From positions 330,274,001 through 330,338,000 of the forward strand of contig OZ024743.1 of the NCBI GenBank assembly GCA_964016885.1: a DNA stretch of 64,000 bases. Reading direction: 5' to 3'. The notes beneath the pieces are model-generated. The model did no database searches and was not told where the DNA came from. It was given only the letters and a program-made list of their open reading frames with translations. Shown here piece after piece: positions 31,301 through 44,385 of the stretch; position 1 is the stretch's first letter, and each line of letters starts with the position of its first letter. The position numbers and the translations under genes were made by a program. The stretch comes from Eledone cirrhosa (lineage: Eukaryota).

Positions 31301-34300
31301 CCCCTATAGGTGTGTGACATTACATCGCTAAGATACTCCCCCTATAGGTGTGTGACATTACATCGCTAAGATACTCCCCCTATAGGTGTGTGACATTACA
31401 TCACTAAGATACTCCCCCTATAGGTGTGTGACATTACATCGCTAAGATACTCCCCCCTATAGGTGTGTGACATTACATCGCTAAGATACTCCGCCCTATA
31501 GGTGTGTGACATTACATCGCTAAGATACCTCCCCCTATAGGTGCGTGACATCGCTAAGATACTCCTCCCCTATAGGTGTGTGGCTTACATGGCTAAGATA
31601 CTCCTCCCCTATAGGTGTGTGACATTACATCGCTAAGTTACTCCCCTCTATAAGTGTGTGACATTACATCGCTAAGATACTCCCCCTATAGGTGTGTGAC
31701 ATTACATCGCTAAGATACCTCCCCCTATAGGTGTGTGACATTACATCGCTAAGATACTCCCCCCCCCTATAGGTGTGTGACATTACATCGCTAAGATACT
31801 CCTCCCCTATAGGTGTGTAACATTACATCGCTAAGATACTCCCTTCTATAAGTGTGTGACATTACATCGCTAGGATACTCCCCCTATAGGTGTGTGGTGA
31901 CATTACATCGCTAAGATACCTCCCCCTATAGGTGTGTGGCATTACATCGCTAAGATACCTCCCACTATAGGTGTATGACATTACATCGCTAAGATACTCC
32001 TCCCCTATAGGTGTGTGACATTACATCGCTAAGATACTCACCCCTATAGGTGTGTGGCATTACATCGCTAAGATTCTCCCCCCTATAAGTGTGTGAGATT
32101 ACATCGCTAAGATACTCCCCCCTATAGGTGTGTGACATTACATCGCTAAGATACCTCCCACTATAGGTGTGTGACATTACATCGCTAAGATACTCCTCCC
32201 CTATAGGTGTGTGACATTACATCGCTAAGATACTCCCCCCTATAGGTGTGTGGCATTACATCGCTAAGGTTCTCCCCCCTATAAGTGTGTGACATTACAT
32301 CGCGAAGATACTCCCCCATAGGTGTGTGACATTACATCGCTAAGATACTCCCCCCCCCTATAGGTGTGTGACATTACATCGCTAAGATACTCCCCCCTAT
32401 AGGTGTGTGACATTACATCGCTAAGATACTCGCCCCTATAGGTGTGTGACATTACATCGCTAAGATACTCCCCCTATAGGTGTGTGACATTACATCGCTA
32501 AGATACTCCCCCTATAGGTGTGTGACATTACATCGCTAAGATACTCCCCCTACAAGTGAGTGACATTAAATCCCTAAGATACTGCCCCTCCCTATAGGTG
32601 TGTGACATTACATCGCTAAGATACTCCCCTTATAGGTGTGTGACTTTACATCGCAAAGATACTGCCTCTATATTTGTGTGACATTACATCGCTAAGATAC
32701 TCCTCCCCTATAGGTGTGTGGCATTACATCGCTAAGATACTCCCCCATATAGGCGTGTGATATTACATCGCCAAGATACTCCCCCCTAATAGGTGTGTGG
32801 CATTACATCGCCAAGATACTCCCCCTATAAGTGTGTGACATTACATCGCCAAGATACTCCCTCCTATGGGTGTGTGACATTACATCGCCAAGATACTCCC
32901 CCTATAGGTGTGTGACATTACATCGCTAAGATACTCCCCATATAGGTGTGTAACATTACATCGCTAAGATACTCACCCCCCCCTATAAGTTTGTGACATT
33001 ACATCTCCAAGATACTCCCTCCTATAGGTGTGTGACGTTACATCGCTAAGATACTCCCCCTATAGGTGTGTGACATTACATCGCTAAGATACTCCCCCCT
33101 ATAAGTGAGTGACATTAAATCCCTAAGATACTGCCCCCCCCCTATAGGTGTGTGACATTACATCGCTAAGATACTCCCCTTATAGGTGTGTGACATTACA
33201 TCGCCAAGATACTCCCTCTATAGGTGTGTGACATTACATCGCTAAGATACTCCTCCCCTATAGGTGTGCGGCATTACATCGCTAAGATACTCGCCCCTAT
33301 AGGTGTGTGGCATTACATCGCTAAGATACTCCCCCCTATAAGTGTGTGACATTACATCGCTAAGATACTCCCCCTATAGGTGTGTGACATTACATCGCTA
33401 AGATACTCACACCTATAGGTGTGTGACATTACATCCCCAAGAAACTCCCTCTATAAGTGTGTGACATTACATCGCTAAGATACTCCTCCCCTATAGGTGT
33501 GTGACATTACATCGCTAAGATACTCTCCCTATAGGTGTGTGACATTACATCGCTAAGATACATCCCCTATAAGTGTGTGACATTACATCTCTAAGATACT
33601 CCCCCTATAGGTGTGTGACATTACATCGCTAAGATACTCCCCCTATAGGTGTGTGACATTACATCGCTAAGATACTCCCCCTATAGGTGTGTGACATTAC
33701 ATCACTAAGATACTCCCCCTATAGGTGTGTGACATTACATCGCTAAGATACTCCCCCCTATAGGTGTGTGACATTACATCGCTAAGATACTCCGCCCTAT
33801 AGGTGTGTGACATTACATCGCTAAGATACCTCCCCCTATAGGTGCGTGACATCGCTAAGATACTCCTCCCCTATAGGTGTGTGGCTTACATGGCTAAGAT
33901 ACTCCTCCCCTATAGGTGTGTGACATTACATCGCTAAGTTACTCCCCTCTATAAGTGTGTGACATTACATCGCTAAGATACTCCCCCTATAGGTGTGTGA
34001 CATTACATCGCTAAGATACCTCCCCCTATAGGTGTGTGACATTACATCGCTAAGATACTCCCCCCCCCTATAGGTGTGTGACATTACATCGCTAAGATAC
34101 TCCTCCCCTATAGGTGTGTAACATTACATCGCTAAGATACTCCCTTCTATAAGTGTGTGACATTACATCGCTAGGATACTCCCCCTATAGGTGTGTGGTG
34201 ACATTACATCGCTAAGATACCTCCCCCTATAGGTGTGTGGCATTACATCGCTAAGATACCTCCCACTATAGGTGTATGACATTACATCGCTAAGATACTC

Positions 34301-37300
34301 CTCCCCTATAGGTGTGTGACATTACATCGCTAAGATACTCACCCCTATAGGTGTGTGGCATTACATCGCTAAGATTCTCCCCCCTATAAGTGTGTGAGAT
34401 TACATCGCTAAGATACTCCCCCCTATAGGTGTGTGACATTACATCGCTAAGATACCTCCCACTATAGGTGTGTGACATTACATCGCTAAGATACTCCTCC
34501 CCTATAGGTGTGTGACATTACATCGCTAAGATACTCCCCCCTATAGGTGTGTGGCATTACATCGCTAAGGTTCTCCCCCCTATAAGTGTGTGACATTACA
34601 TCGCGAAGATACTCCCCCATAGGTGTGTGACATTACATCGCTAAGATACTCCCCCCCCCTATAGGTGTGTGACATTACATCGCTAAGATACTCCCCCCTA
34701 TAGGTGTGTGACATTACATCGCTAAGATACTCCCCCCTATAGGTGTGTGACATTACATCGCTAAGATACTCCCCCTATAGGTGTGTGACATTACATCGCT
34801 AAGATACTCCCCCTATAGGTGTGTGACATTACATCGCTAAGATACTCCCCCTACAAGTGAGTGACATTAAATCCCTAAGATACTGCCCCTCCCTATAGGT
34901 GTGTGACATTACATCGCTAAGATACTCCCCTTATAGGTGTGTGACTTTACATCGCAAAGATACTGCCTCTATATTTGTGTGACATTACATCGCTAAGATA
35001 CTCCTCCCCTATAGGTGTGTGGCATTACATCGCTAAGATACTCCCCCATATAGGCGTGTGATATTACATCGCCAAGATACTCCCCCCTAATAGGTGTGTG
35101 GCATTACATCGCCAAGATACTCCCCCTATAAGTGTGTGACATTACATCGCCAAGATACTCCCTCCTATGGGTGTGTGACATTACATCGCCAAGATACTCC
35201 CCCTATAGGTGTGTGACATTACATCGCTAAGATACTCCCCATATAGGTGTGTAACATTACATCGCTAAGATACTCACCCCCCCCTATAAGTTTGTGACAT
35301 TACATCTCCAAGATACTCCCTCCTATAGGTGTGTGACATTACATCGCTAAGATACTCTCCCTATAGGTGAGTGACATTACATCGCTAAGATACTCCCTCT
35401 ATAGGTGTGTGACATTACATCGCCAAGATACTCCCTCCTATAGGCGTGTGACATGACATCGCTAAGATACTCTCCCTATAGGTGTGTGACATTACATCGC
35501 TAAGATACTCCCTCCTATAGGTGCGTGACATCGCTAAGATACTCCTCCCCTATAGGCGTGTGACATTACATCGCTAAGATACTCCCCCCTATAGGTGTGT
35601 GACATTACATCGCCAAGATACTCCTCCCCTATAGGTGTGTGACATTACATCGCCAAGATACTCCGCCCCTATAAGTGAGTGACATTACATCGCTAAGATA
35701 CTCCCCCTATAGGTGCGTGACATTACATCGCTAATACACTCCCCCCTATAGGTGTGTGGCATTACATCGCTAAGATACTCCCCTCTATAGGTGTGTAACA
35801 TTACATCGCTAAGATACTCCCCCCTATAGGTGCGTGACATCGCTAAGATACTCCCCCTATAGGTGCGTGGCATCGCTAAGATACTCCCCCTATAGGAGTG
35901 TGGCATTATATCGCTCAGATACTCCTCCCCCATAGGTGTGTGGCATTACATCGCTAAGATACTCCCCTCTATAGGTGTGTGGCATTACATCGCTAAGATA
36001 CTCCCCCCTATAGGTGCGTGACATCGCTAAGATACTCCCCCTATAGGTGCGTGGCATCGCTAAGATACTCCCCCTATAGGAGTGTGGCATTACATCGCTC
36101 AGATACTCCTCCCCTATAGGTGTGTGGCATTACATCGCTAAGATGCTCCCCTCTATAGGTGTGTGGCATTACATCGCTAAGAAACTTCCCCTTATAAGTG
36201 AGTGACATTAAATCCCTAAGATACTCCCCCCTATGGGTTTGTGACATTACATCTCTAAGATACTCACCCCTATAGGTGTGTGACATTACATCGCCAAGAT
36301 ACTCCCTCTATAGGTGTGTGACATTACATCGCTCAGATACTCCCCCCTATAGGTGTGTGACATGACATCGCTAAGATACTCCTCCCCTATAGGTGTGTGA
36401 CGTTACATCGCTAAGATACTCCCCCTATAGGTGTGTGACATTACATCGCTAAGATACTCCCCCCTATAAGTGAGTGACATTAAATCCCTAAGATACTGCC
36501 CCGCCTATAGGTGTGTGACATTACATCGCTAAGATACTCCTCCCCTATAGGTGTGTGACATTACATCGCTAAGATACTCCCCCTATAGGTGTGTGACATT
36601 ACATCGCTAAGATACTCCCCCGCCTATAGGTGTGTGACATTACATCGCTAAGATACTCCTCCCCTATAGGTGTGTGACATTACATCGCTAAGATACTCCC
36701 CTCTATATGTGTGTGACATTACATCGCTAAGATACTCCCCCTATAGGTGTGTGACATTACATCGCTAAGATACCTCCCCCTATAGGTGTGTGACATTACA
36801 TCCCTAAGATACTCCCCCCCTATAGGTGTGTGACATTACATCGCTAAGATACTCCTCCCCTATAGGTGTGTGACATTACATCGCTAAGATACTCCCCTCT
36901 ATAAGTGTGTGACATTACATCGCTAAGATACCTCCCCCTATAGGTGTGTGACATTACATCGCTAAGATACTCCCCCCCTCTATAGGTGTGTGACATTACA
37001 TCGCTAAGATACCTCCCCCTATAGGTGTGTGACATTACATCGCTAAGATACTCCTCCCCTATAGGCGTGTGACATTACATCGCTAAGATACTTCCCCCTA
37101 TAGATGTGTGACATTACATCGCTAAGATACCTCCCACTATATGTGTGTGACATTACATCGCTAAGATACTCCTCCCCTATAGGTGTGTGACATTACTTCT
37201 CTAAGATACTCCCCCCTATATGTGTGTGACATTACATCGCTAAGATACTCCCCCCTATAGGTGTGTGACATTACATCGCTAAGATACTCCCCCCCCCCCC

Positions 37301-38148
37301 TATAGGTTTGTGACATTACATCGCTAAGATACTCCCCCCTATAGGTGTGTGACATTACATCGCTAAGATACTCCCCCTATAGGTGTGTGGCATTACATGG
37401 CTAAGATACCCCCCTATAGGTGTGTGACATTACATCGCTAAGATACTCCCCCCCTATAGGTGTGTGACATTACATCGCTAAGATACTCCTCCCCTATAGG
37501 TGTGTGACATTACATCGCTAAGATACTCCCCCCTATAGGTGTGTGACATTACATCGCTAAGATACTCCCCCCTATAGGTGTGTGACATTACATCGCTAAG
37601 ATACTCCCCCCTATAGGTGTGTGACATTACATCGCTAAGATACCTCCCCCTATAGGTGCGTGACATCGCTAAGATACTCCTCCCCTATAGGTGTGTGACA
37701 TTACATCGCTAAGATACTCCTCCCCTATAGGTGTGTGACATTACATCGCTAAGATACTCCCCCCTATAGGTGTGTGACATTACATCGCTAAGATACTCCC
37801 CCTATAGGTGTGTGACATTACATCGCTAAGATACTCCCCCTATAGGTGTGTGACATTACATCGCTAAGATACTCCCCCCCTATAGGTGTGTGACATTACA
37901 TCGCTAAGATACTCCCCCTATAGGTGTGTGACATTACATCGCTAAGATACTCCCCCTATAGGTGTGTGACATTACATCGCTAAGATACCTCCCCTATAGG
38001 TGTGTGACATTACATCGCTAAGATACCTCCCCTATAGGTGTGTGACATTACATCGCTAAGATACTGCCCCCTAAGGTGTGTGACATTACATCGCTAAGAT
38101 ACTGCCCCCTAAGGTGTGTGACATTACATCGCTAAGACCTTATAAGTG
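28308..38148. repeat. Satellite array, ~38-40-bp monomer with variable poly-C tract (~250 copies)
   Basis: Tandem GTGTGTGACATTACATCGCTAAGATACT(C-rich, variable)TATAG. The first ~9 units are a distinct 40-bp variant (...AGACCCTCCTACCGCCTAA). Confidence 0.99.
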
Positions 38149-38458
38149 TGCGTGTGTTCGAGCGCGCCTATGTATCAACGTGTGTGTGTTTCTCTGTGTG
38201 AGTTAGCAACACTAAGACTGCCCTCTTCGATTAGCACCTGAACTGATATGGATTAGAGACTACTCATCTATGTGTGACATTATGTTACTACGGCCCTCCT
38301 GCGTGACCCATTATCAGGATTTCTACCCTTTTAAGGATGTCCTAAATGCCGTATAATGTTTCATGAAATTTCGCTGGTCTACATTTTGTGATCAGACGTG
38401 GTTGGTCTCCAGAAAACTCACCCAGGTCGAACAAATAAATAAATACAATTATATGCCT

Positions 38459-38565
38459 TTTCTTCTTCTTCTTCTTCTTTTTCTTCTTCTTCTTCTTCTT
38501 CTTCTTCTTCTTCTTCTTCTTCTTGTAGAAGTAGAGACTAGCGGTACTACTATTACTACTACTAC

Positions 38566-38601
<36 letters not shown>

Positions 38602-38618
38602 CAGGAGCAGCAGCAGTT

Positions 38619-38688
<70 letters not shown>

Positions 38689-38820
38689 CTGCAGCAATTG
38701 TAGTAGTAGTAGTAGTTGTAGTAGTAGTAGTAGTAGTAGTAGCAGTAGTAGTAGTAGTAGTAGTAGCTGAAGCAATTGTAGTAGTAGTAGTAGTAGTTGT
38801 AGTAGTAGTAGTAGTAGTAC
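38459..38820. repeat. (CTT)n followed by (TAG)n microsatellites
   Basis: Read directly from the sequence. Confidence 0.97.
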
Positions 38821-38989
38821 TTTTGTTATTTGTCAAATGTCCATTGCGTGCTCACTACATTATGACACACAATTCTCTGTACCTTGTGTATCTACGGTAT
38901 TATGTTTTTGGTGATTGTCTTTCTATTGTATTGCAGTGTCTAATATCTTCTCTATGTTGTATATATTTACAAGTCATGAGGATTTGGTT

Positions 38990-39902
38990 ATGTATCTGTG
39001 TTGTATCTGTGTGTCTGCGTATGTATCTGTGTATCTGTGTATGTATCTGTGTCTGTGTATCTGTGTATGTGTCTGTGTTGTATCTGTGTATGTATCTGTG
39101 TCTGTGTATCTGTGTATGTATCTGTGTATCTGTGTATGTATCTGTGTCTGTGTATCTGTGTATGTATCTGTGTATCTGTGTATGTATCTGTGTCTGTGTA
39201 TCTGTATGTATCTGTGTATCTGTGTATGTATCTGTGACTGTGTATCTGTGTATGTATCTGTGTATCTGTGTATCTGTGTATGTATCTGTGTCTGTGTATC
39301 TGTGGATGTATCCGTGTTGTATCTGTGTATGTATCTGTGTCTGTGTATCTGTGTATGTATCTGTGTATCTGTGTATGTATCTGTGTCTGTGTATCTGTGT
39401 ATGTATATGTGTATCTGTGTATGTATCTGTGTCTGTGTATCTGTGTATGTATCTGTGTATCTGTGTATGTATCTGTGTCTGTGTATCTGTATGTATCTGT
39501 GTATCTGTGTATGTATCTGTGTCTGTGTATCTGTGTATGTATCTGTGTATCTGTGTATGTATCTGTGTCTGTGTAACTGTGGATGTATCTATGTTGTATC
39601 TGTGTATGTATCTGTGTCTGTGTATCTGTGTATGTATCTGTGTATCTGCGTATGTATCTGTGTCTGTGTATCTGTGTATGTGTCTGTGTTGTATCTGTGT
39701 ATGTATCTGTGTTGTATCTGTGTATGTATCTGTGTATGTATCTGTGTTGTATCTGTGTATGTATCTGTGTATGTATCTGTGTTGTATCTGTGTATGTATC
39801 TGCGTATGTGTCTGTGTTGTATCTGTGTATGTATCTGTGTATGTATCTGTGTTGTATATGTGTATGTATCTGTGTATCTGCGTATGTATCTGTGTCTGTG
39901 TA
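38990..39902. repeat. Complex TGTATC/TGTGTATC microsatellite-minisatellite
   Basis: Mixed 6-12-bp G/T-rich units; these generate the spurious C/V/Y-rich ORFs. Confidence 0.96.
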
Positions 39903-39944
39903 TATTTTTAATCATTCCCAGAGGACCTATTATTAGAGGGATTG

Positions 39945-40826
39945 AGGGCGGTGGATTGGCAGTATCGGTAGAGGGTCGGACGCCATGCTTTGACGCATAG
40001 AGTTACGGCCCTTGCCATTCTAAGTTCAAATCCTGCCGAGGTTAACTTTGCCTTTCATCCTTACGGGATCGATAAAATAAAGTACCAGTAATACACTGGG
40101 TATTTGCTGGCCTTGTGCCAAAAGTAGAAATAATTATTATTGTAAGGGCGGTGGATTGGCAGTATCGGTAGAGAGTCGGACGCCATACTTTGTAGCAAAG
40201 AGTTACGTCCCTTTACGGTCTGAGTTCAAATCCTGCCTAGGTTAACTTTGCCTTTCATCCTTACTGGGTCGATAAAATAAAGTACCAGTAACACACTGGG
40301 TATTTGCTGGCATTGTGCCAAAAGTACAAACAATTATTACTGTTGTTGTAGTTGTTGTTGTTATTATTCAGTATCGGTAGAGCGACGGACAACATTCTAT
40401 ACGGCTTAGAGCTACGACCCTTTATGTTCTGAGTTCAAATCTCGCCGAAGTTAGATTTGCCTTTCATCCTTATGGTGTCGATAAAATAAAATACCAGTAA
40501 CGCACTGGGGTCGATTTAATCGACTTTCTCCTCCCTTATATTACTGGCCTTGTGCCTAAAGTAGAAACAATTATTATTATTTGATGGATTGAGAGCAGTG
40601 GATTGTCAATATCGCTAGAGGGTCGGAGGCCATGCTTTGCAAGCATAGAGTTACGGCCCTTTACGGTCATAGTTCAAATACCGCCGAGGTTAACTTTCCC
40701 TTTCATCCTTATGGGGTCGATAAAATAAAGTACCAGTCACGCACTGGGGTCGATTTAATCGACTATCCCTTCAATCCAAAAATTGCTGGTCTTGTGACTA
40801 TAGTAGAAATCATTATCATTATTATT
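39945..40826 (+). mobile_element. Four head-to-tail tRNA-derived SINEs with Deu/Nin-type core (39945-40140, 40145-40339, 40369-40581, 40592-40826)
   Basis: A-box-like TGGCAGTATCGG, B-box GAGTTCAAATCC, core GCCTTTCATCCTTACGGGGTCGATAAAATAAAGTACCAG, and an (ATT)n tail. Confidence 0.9.
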
Positions 40827-40835
40827 CCTATTATT

Positions 40836-41029
40836 AATAATAATAATTGTTTCTACTTTTGCACAAGGCCAGCAATTTTTTAGTACATTACTGGTACTTT
40901 ATTTTATCGACCCCGTAAGGATGAAAGGCAAAATTAACCTCCGAGGGATTTGAACTCAGTCCGTAAAGGGACGTAACTACGCTGGAAAGCATGTCTGACC
41001 CTCTACCAATACTGCCAATTCACCGCCTT
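40836..41029 (-). mobile_element. Same SINE family, full length, reverse strand
   Basis: Reverse complement of the head, core and tail seen at 39945-40140. Confidence 0.9.
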
Positions 41030-41053
41030 AATAATAATAATGATTTCTACTAT

Positions 41054-41175
41054 AGAGTTCAAATCCCGCCGAGGTTAACTTTGCCTTTCATCCTTAAGAA
41101 GTTGATAAAATAAAGTACCAGTAATACACTGGAGTAATTGCAGGTCTTGTGCCAAAAGTAGAAACAATTATTATT
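41054..41175 (+). mobile_element. Same SINE family, 5'-truncated
   Basis: Starts at B-box GAGTTCAAATCCC; core and ATT tail are present. Confidence 0.88.
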
Positions 41176-41775
41176 CTTATTATTAGTAGTATTTTCATGA
41201 TGAGTAATAAATATGTAACTTGCCATACTATAATATGTGATTTAACTGAAACAAGAGTTGTTATCATAACATGTTACAGACTCTTCTCGTCATAGTGATA
41301 ACATGAATGAACTGAAGTGGTTGTTGTTAATAAATCGTTATTTCATCTCTGTTCAAAATGGCTATGCTATTCAACATTGCGACAGTCTTTATCAATAGAA
41401 ATTATCAATAGACATTATCAAACATTGGCAAATGTGTTCGCATAAAATCCTGAAATCCTGTTCGACTGCTTGCATTGTGCATAGGTGTGTACACGAGTGT
41501 CTATATTTGTGTTAAATTGTATTAGTGTTTGCATATACGTAGTATCTGTATGAGTTTATATATATATTTCGTTTCTGAATTTGTTTAGCAAGATTCCTTA
41601 TCTGAAAACGTGTGTTGAAACCAATATTGTTATACTTTGGGAGGGTCATATTGCCAATAAGAAACACTCACCAATTGCTTTCACTTCAATTTATTATAAT
41701 AAATTTATAAATTTAGGAATTTATAAATTTCCAGTTGGCTGGTTGGTTCCACAACCAGATGGTTGTTTATATATT

Positions 41776-41818
41776 GTCAAAGTTCTTTCGTCACACATTC
41801 TGTGACCTCTTCAGTGAC
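41776..41818 (-). ncRNA. Minimal type I hammerhead ribozyme motif in PLE pseudo-LTR
   Basis: GTCA-CTGAAGA-G-GTCACA gaatg TGTGAC-GAAA-GAAC-TT-TGAC. Stem I is GTCA/TGAC, stem II has 6 bp, stem III has 1 bp. Confidence 0.7.
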
Positions 41819-42024
41819 TGGGGATTCTTTTCTTTGTTTTTTGTGCATCTCCTTTGTTCTGTCCTACGCCATCTTGTTTTTGTGTGTGTGTTGTGTGCTT
41901 AGTTTGCGCATGTGTTACATCCGGGTGTCTGTGTGTGTTTATTTATATTCGTTTATTTATTTGTTTATTTACATGTTACTGATTGGTTGTTTGCTCTATG
42001 TGCGTTTGTGTTTTCATTTTGTCC

Positions 42025-42586
42025 TTAATTGTAAATTGTGATGTTGCTGTTCCACTCATGTTTTCTATTTAATTTTGGTTGTAATTCATTTATGTTTATT
42101 GCCTCTGTGATTTGTCTAAACATTGCGTCTTTTCTGTGTGTAGATTCTATTTTTATTTCTATGTTCTCTAATTTACCCTTATGTTCTATTTTAGCATGTT
42201 GGTAGAGTACAGATGATTTTTTACTATCTTGAAGGTCTCGCCAGTGTTCATTTATCCGTTCCCCTATACTACGAGCTGTCTCACCTATGTACACTATATT
42301 TTTATCTCTACATTGTCCTTCGGTACATCTTATGCTATATACTACATTTCTAGTTTTACAGTTAATATGGGGGTTTAATTTACAGATTATACATTTCTTA
42401 TCTATACAGGGAGGTCTTTGAAAAGGGCATGTCTTGCTAATAAGTGTTTTTATGGAGGTACCTGGTCTTTCTACTATCTTAATATTGAGTTTATGTTTAT
42501 CTAGGGCCCTTCTAAATTTGTAAGCTAATTCACCTCTAGGGGTTGTATCGATGAACATTACACTCTGGTATTTATTGCTATTATAT
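42025..42586 (-). pseudogene. PLE C-terminus: Cys-rich linker and GIY-YIG endonuclease (inverted copy)
   Basis: C..CIIC..HINCKTRNVVYSIRC...VYIGETARS...RINEH...RQITEA..I...QPKLN. Confidence 0.92.
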
Positions 42587-42587
42587 C

Positions 42588-42853
42588 CCACGAAATTCAA
42601 CATTGCTCTCACTGATAATTTCTACGCATTTCTCCACAGCAAAATCCACGTCAATAGATGGCTACAGGGACACAACATCCATACTACCTATTATGCAGTT
42701 TGTTAGGTCGCTAGATCGGTTACTCTCGCCGATTCTGCTGAGGAGGTCCTCCGTGCTGTCACATACATCTGGGGACATTTCAATGATGGGGCGTATGATC
42801 AGGGAGAGGAGGTAGGACAGACTGTAGTTACTAGCAATGTTAGCTCCACAGAC
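42588..42853 (-). pseudogene. PLE reverse-transcriptase fragment (motif A region) with in-frame stop
   Basis: My translation: VCGANIASNYSLSYLLSLIIRPII...CDSTEDLL...IIGSMDVVSL*PSIDVD. TAG at 42662-42664 replaces the Tyr of the SxDVxSLYPSI motif. Confidence 0.85.
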
Positions 42854-43809
42854 ACAGAGCTCTGGTTAGATACCATTAATAACAAAAAACAAATCCTCCA
42901 TTCCCATTATCCCAAACCCATGACTTCCAAATATCTGATCCACCGAAACTCAGCTGTTTCGGACCATACCAAAATCAACATACTGATTGCGGATTTGGTA
43001 CGGGTGATGAGAAACGTGTCCCGCATGTGCAACCCGAAGAACTAGAGAGACACATACAACACTTCATCCACCGTATGCAGTTCTCTGGTTACAATCAGAG
43101 AGATAAAATCAGAGTGTATAGGGGAGCCAGAACCAAATGGGAAAAAATGGTAAATAATGACACAAATGGGACCTGTCCCTTGTATAGGAGCAAATTTTGG
43201 AATAGAATAGAAAGAACTAGGAATAAGGCTAATAAAATAAACTCATGGTATGATAGCAATAAATACCAGAGTGTAATGTTCATCGATACAACCCCTAGAG
43301 GTGAATTAGCTTACAAATTTAGAAGGGCCCTAGATAAACATAAACTCAATATTAAGATAGTAGAAAGACCAGGTACCTCCATAAAAACACTTATTAGCAA
43401 GACATACCCTTTTCAAAGACCTCCCTGTATATATAAGAAATGTATAATCTGTAAATTAAGCCCCCATATTAACTGTAAAACTAGAAATGTAGTATATAGC
43501 ATAAGATGTACCGAAGGACAATGTAGAGATAAAAATATAGTGTACATAGGTGAGACAGCTCGTAGTATAGGGGAACGGATAAATGAACACTGGCGAGACC
43601 TTCAAGATAGTAAAGAATCATCTGTACTCTACCAACATGCTAAAATAGAACATAAGGGTAAATTAGAGAACATAGAAATAAAAATAGAATCTACACACAG
43701 AAAAGACGCAATGTTTAGACAAATCACAGAGGCAATAAACATAAATGAATTACAACCAAAATTAAATAGAAAACATGAGTGGAACAGCAACATCACAACT
43801 TACAATTAA
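42851..43809 (+). pseudogene. PLE RT thumb, linker and GIY-YIG endonuclease; 5'-truncated, frameshift near 43035
   Basis: DTELW...HYPKPMTSKYLIHRNSAVSDHTKINILIADLVRVMRNVS, then frameshifts into ORF 43027-43809 (FIHRMQFSGY...VYIGETARS). Confidence 0.92.
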
Positions 43810-44015
43810 GGACAAAATGAAAACACACACGCACATAGAACAAACAAACAACCAGTAACATGTAAATAAACAAATAAATAAACGAATATAAATAAACACA
43901 CACAGACACCCGGATGTAACACATGCGCAAACTAAGCACACAACACACACACAAAAACAAGATGGCGTAGGACAGAACAAAGGAGAGGCACAAAAAACAA
44001 AGAAAAGAATCCCCA

Positions 44016-44058
44016 GTCACTGAAGAAGTCACATAATGTGTGACGAAAGAACTTTGAC
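44016..44058 (+). ncRNA. Minimal type I hammerhead ribozyme motif in PLE pseudo-LTR
   Basis: GTCA-CTGAAGA-A-GTCACA taatg TGTGAC-GAAA-GAAC-TT-TGAC, about 210 nt after the ORF stop. Confidence 0.7.
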
Positions 44059-44204
44059 AATATATAAACAACCATCTGGTTGTGGAACCAACCAATCAAC
44101 CGGAAATTTATAAATTCCTAAATTTATAAATTTATTATAATAAATTGAAGTGAAAGCAACTGGTGCGTGTGTTTCTTATTGGCAACATGACCCTCCCAAA
44201 GAAT

Positions 44205-44283
<79 letters not shown>

Positions 44284-44326
44284 AATAAGTGCGCTGTGGA
44301 GTTGCAAATGGGTTACATATGAAAAA

Positions 44327-44385
44327 GGTTTGTCCTTCATCAGTGTTCTTCCAACCATCATAGGCATTTCATCGCTTTAAAGACC
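44327..44385 (-). ncRNA. Type II-like hammerhead motif, copy 1
   Basis: GGTCTTTAAAGCGAT-GAAA-TGCC-TA-TGAT-GGTTGGAAG-AACA-CTGATGA-AGGACAAACC, with one mismatch in stem I. Confidence 0.5.

Larger units (their letters stand above)
41624..44212. mobile_element. Penelope-like retroelement relic with inverted structure (arms ~41624-42586 minus and ~43246-44212 plus)
   Basis: The ~960-bp inverted arms each hold a GIY-YIG domain, 3' UTR and HHR motif. RT fragments in opposite orientations lie between them, and the right end abuts (TA)n. Confidence 0.93.

Noticed and set aside
1204-37666. Repeated short ORFs (MLVQYTQPHH..., MSHTYRG...)
   Set aside because: They arise only where a point variant removes the periodic stop in satellite monomers.
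1-38148. CRISPR array interpretation of either satellite
   Set aside because: There are no unique spacers (variation is point mutation or C-tract length), no cas genes, and the context is eukaryotic.
38342-40000. Long ORFs (poly-T/S/L and C/V/Y-rich, up to 362 aa)
   Set aside because: These are translations of stop-free microsatellites; the same applies to ORFs at 46218-47183, 49422-50934, 55759-57230, 60730 and 63361.
39945-40040. tRNA genes at SINE heads
   Set aside because: A and B boxes are present but continue into a SINE core and tail, with no proper cloverleaf.
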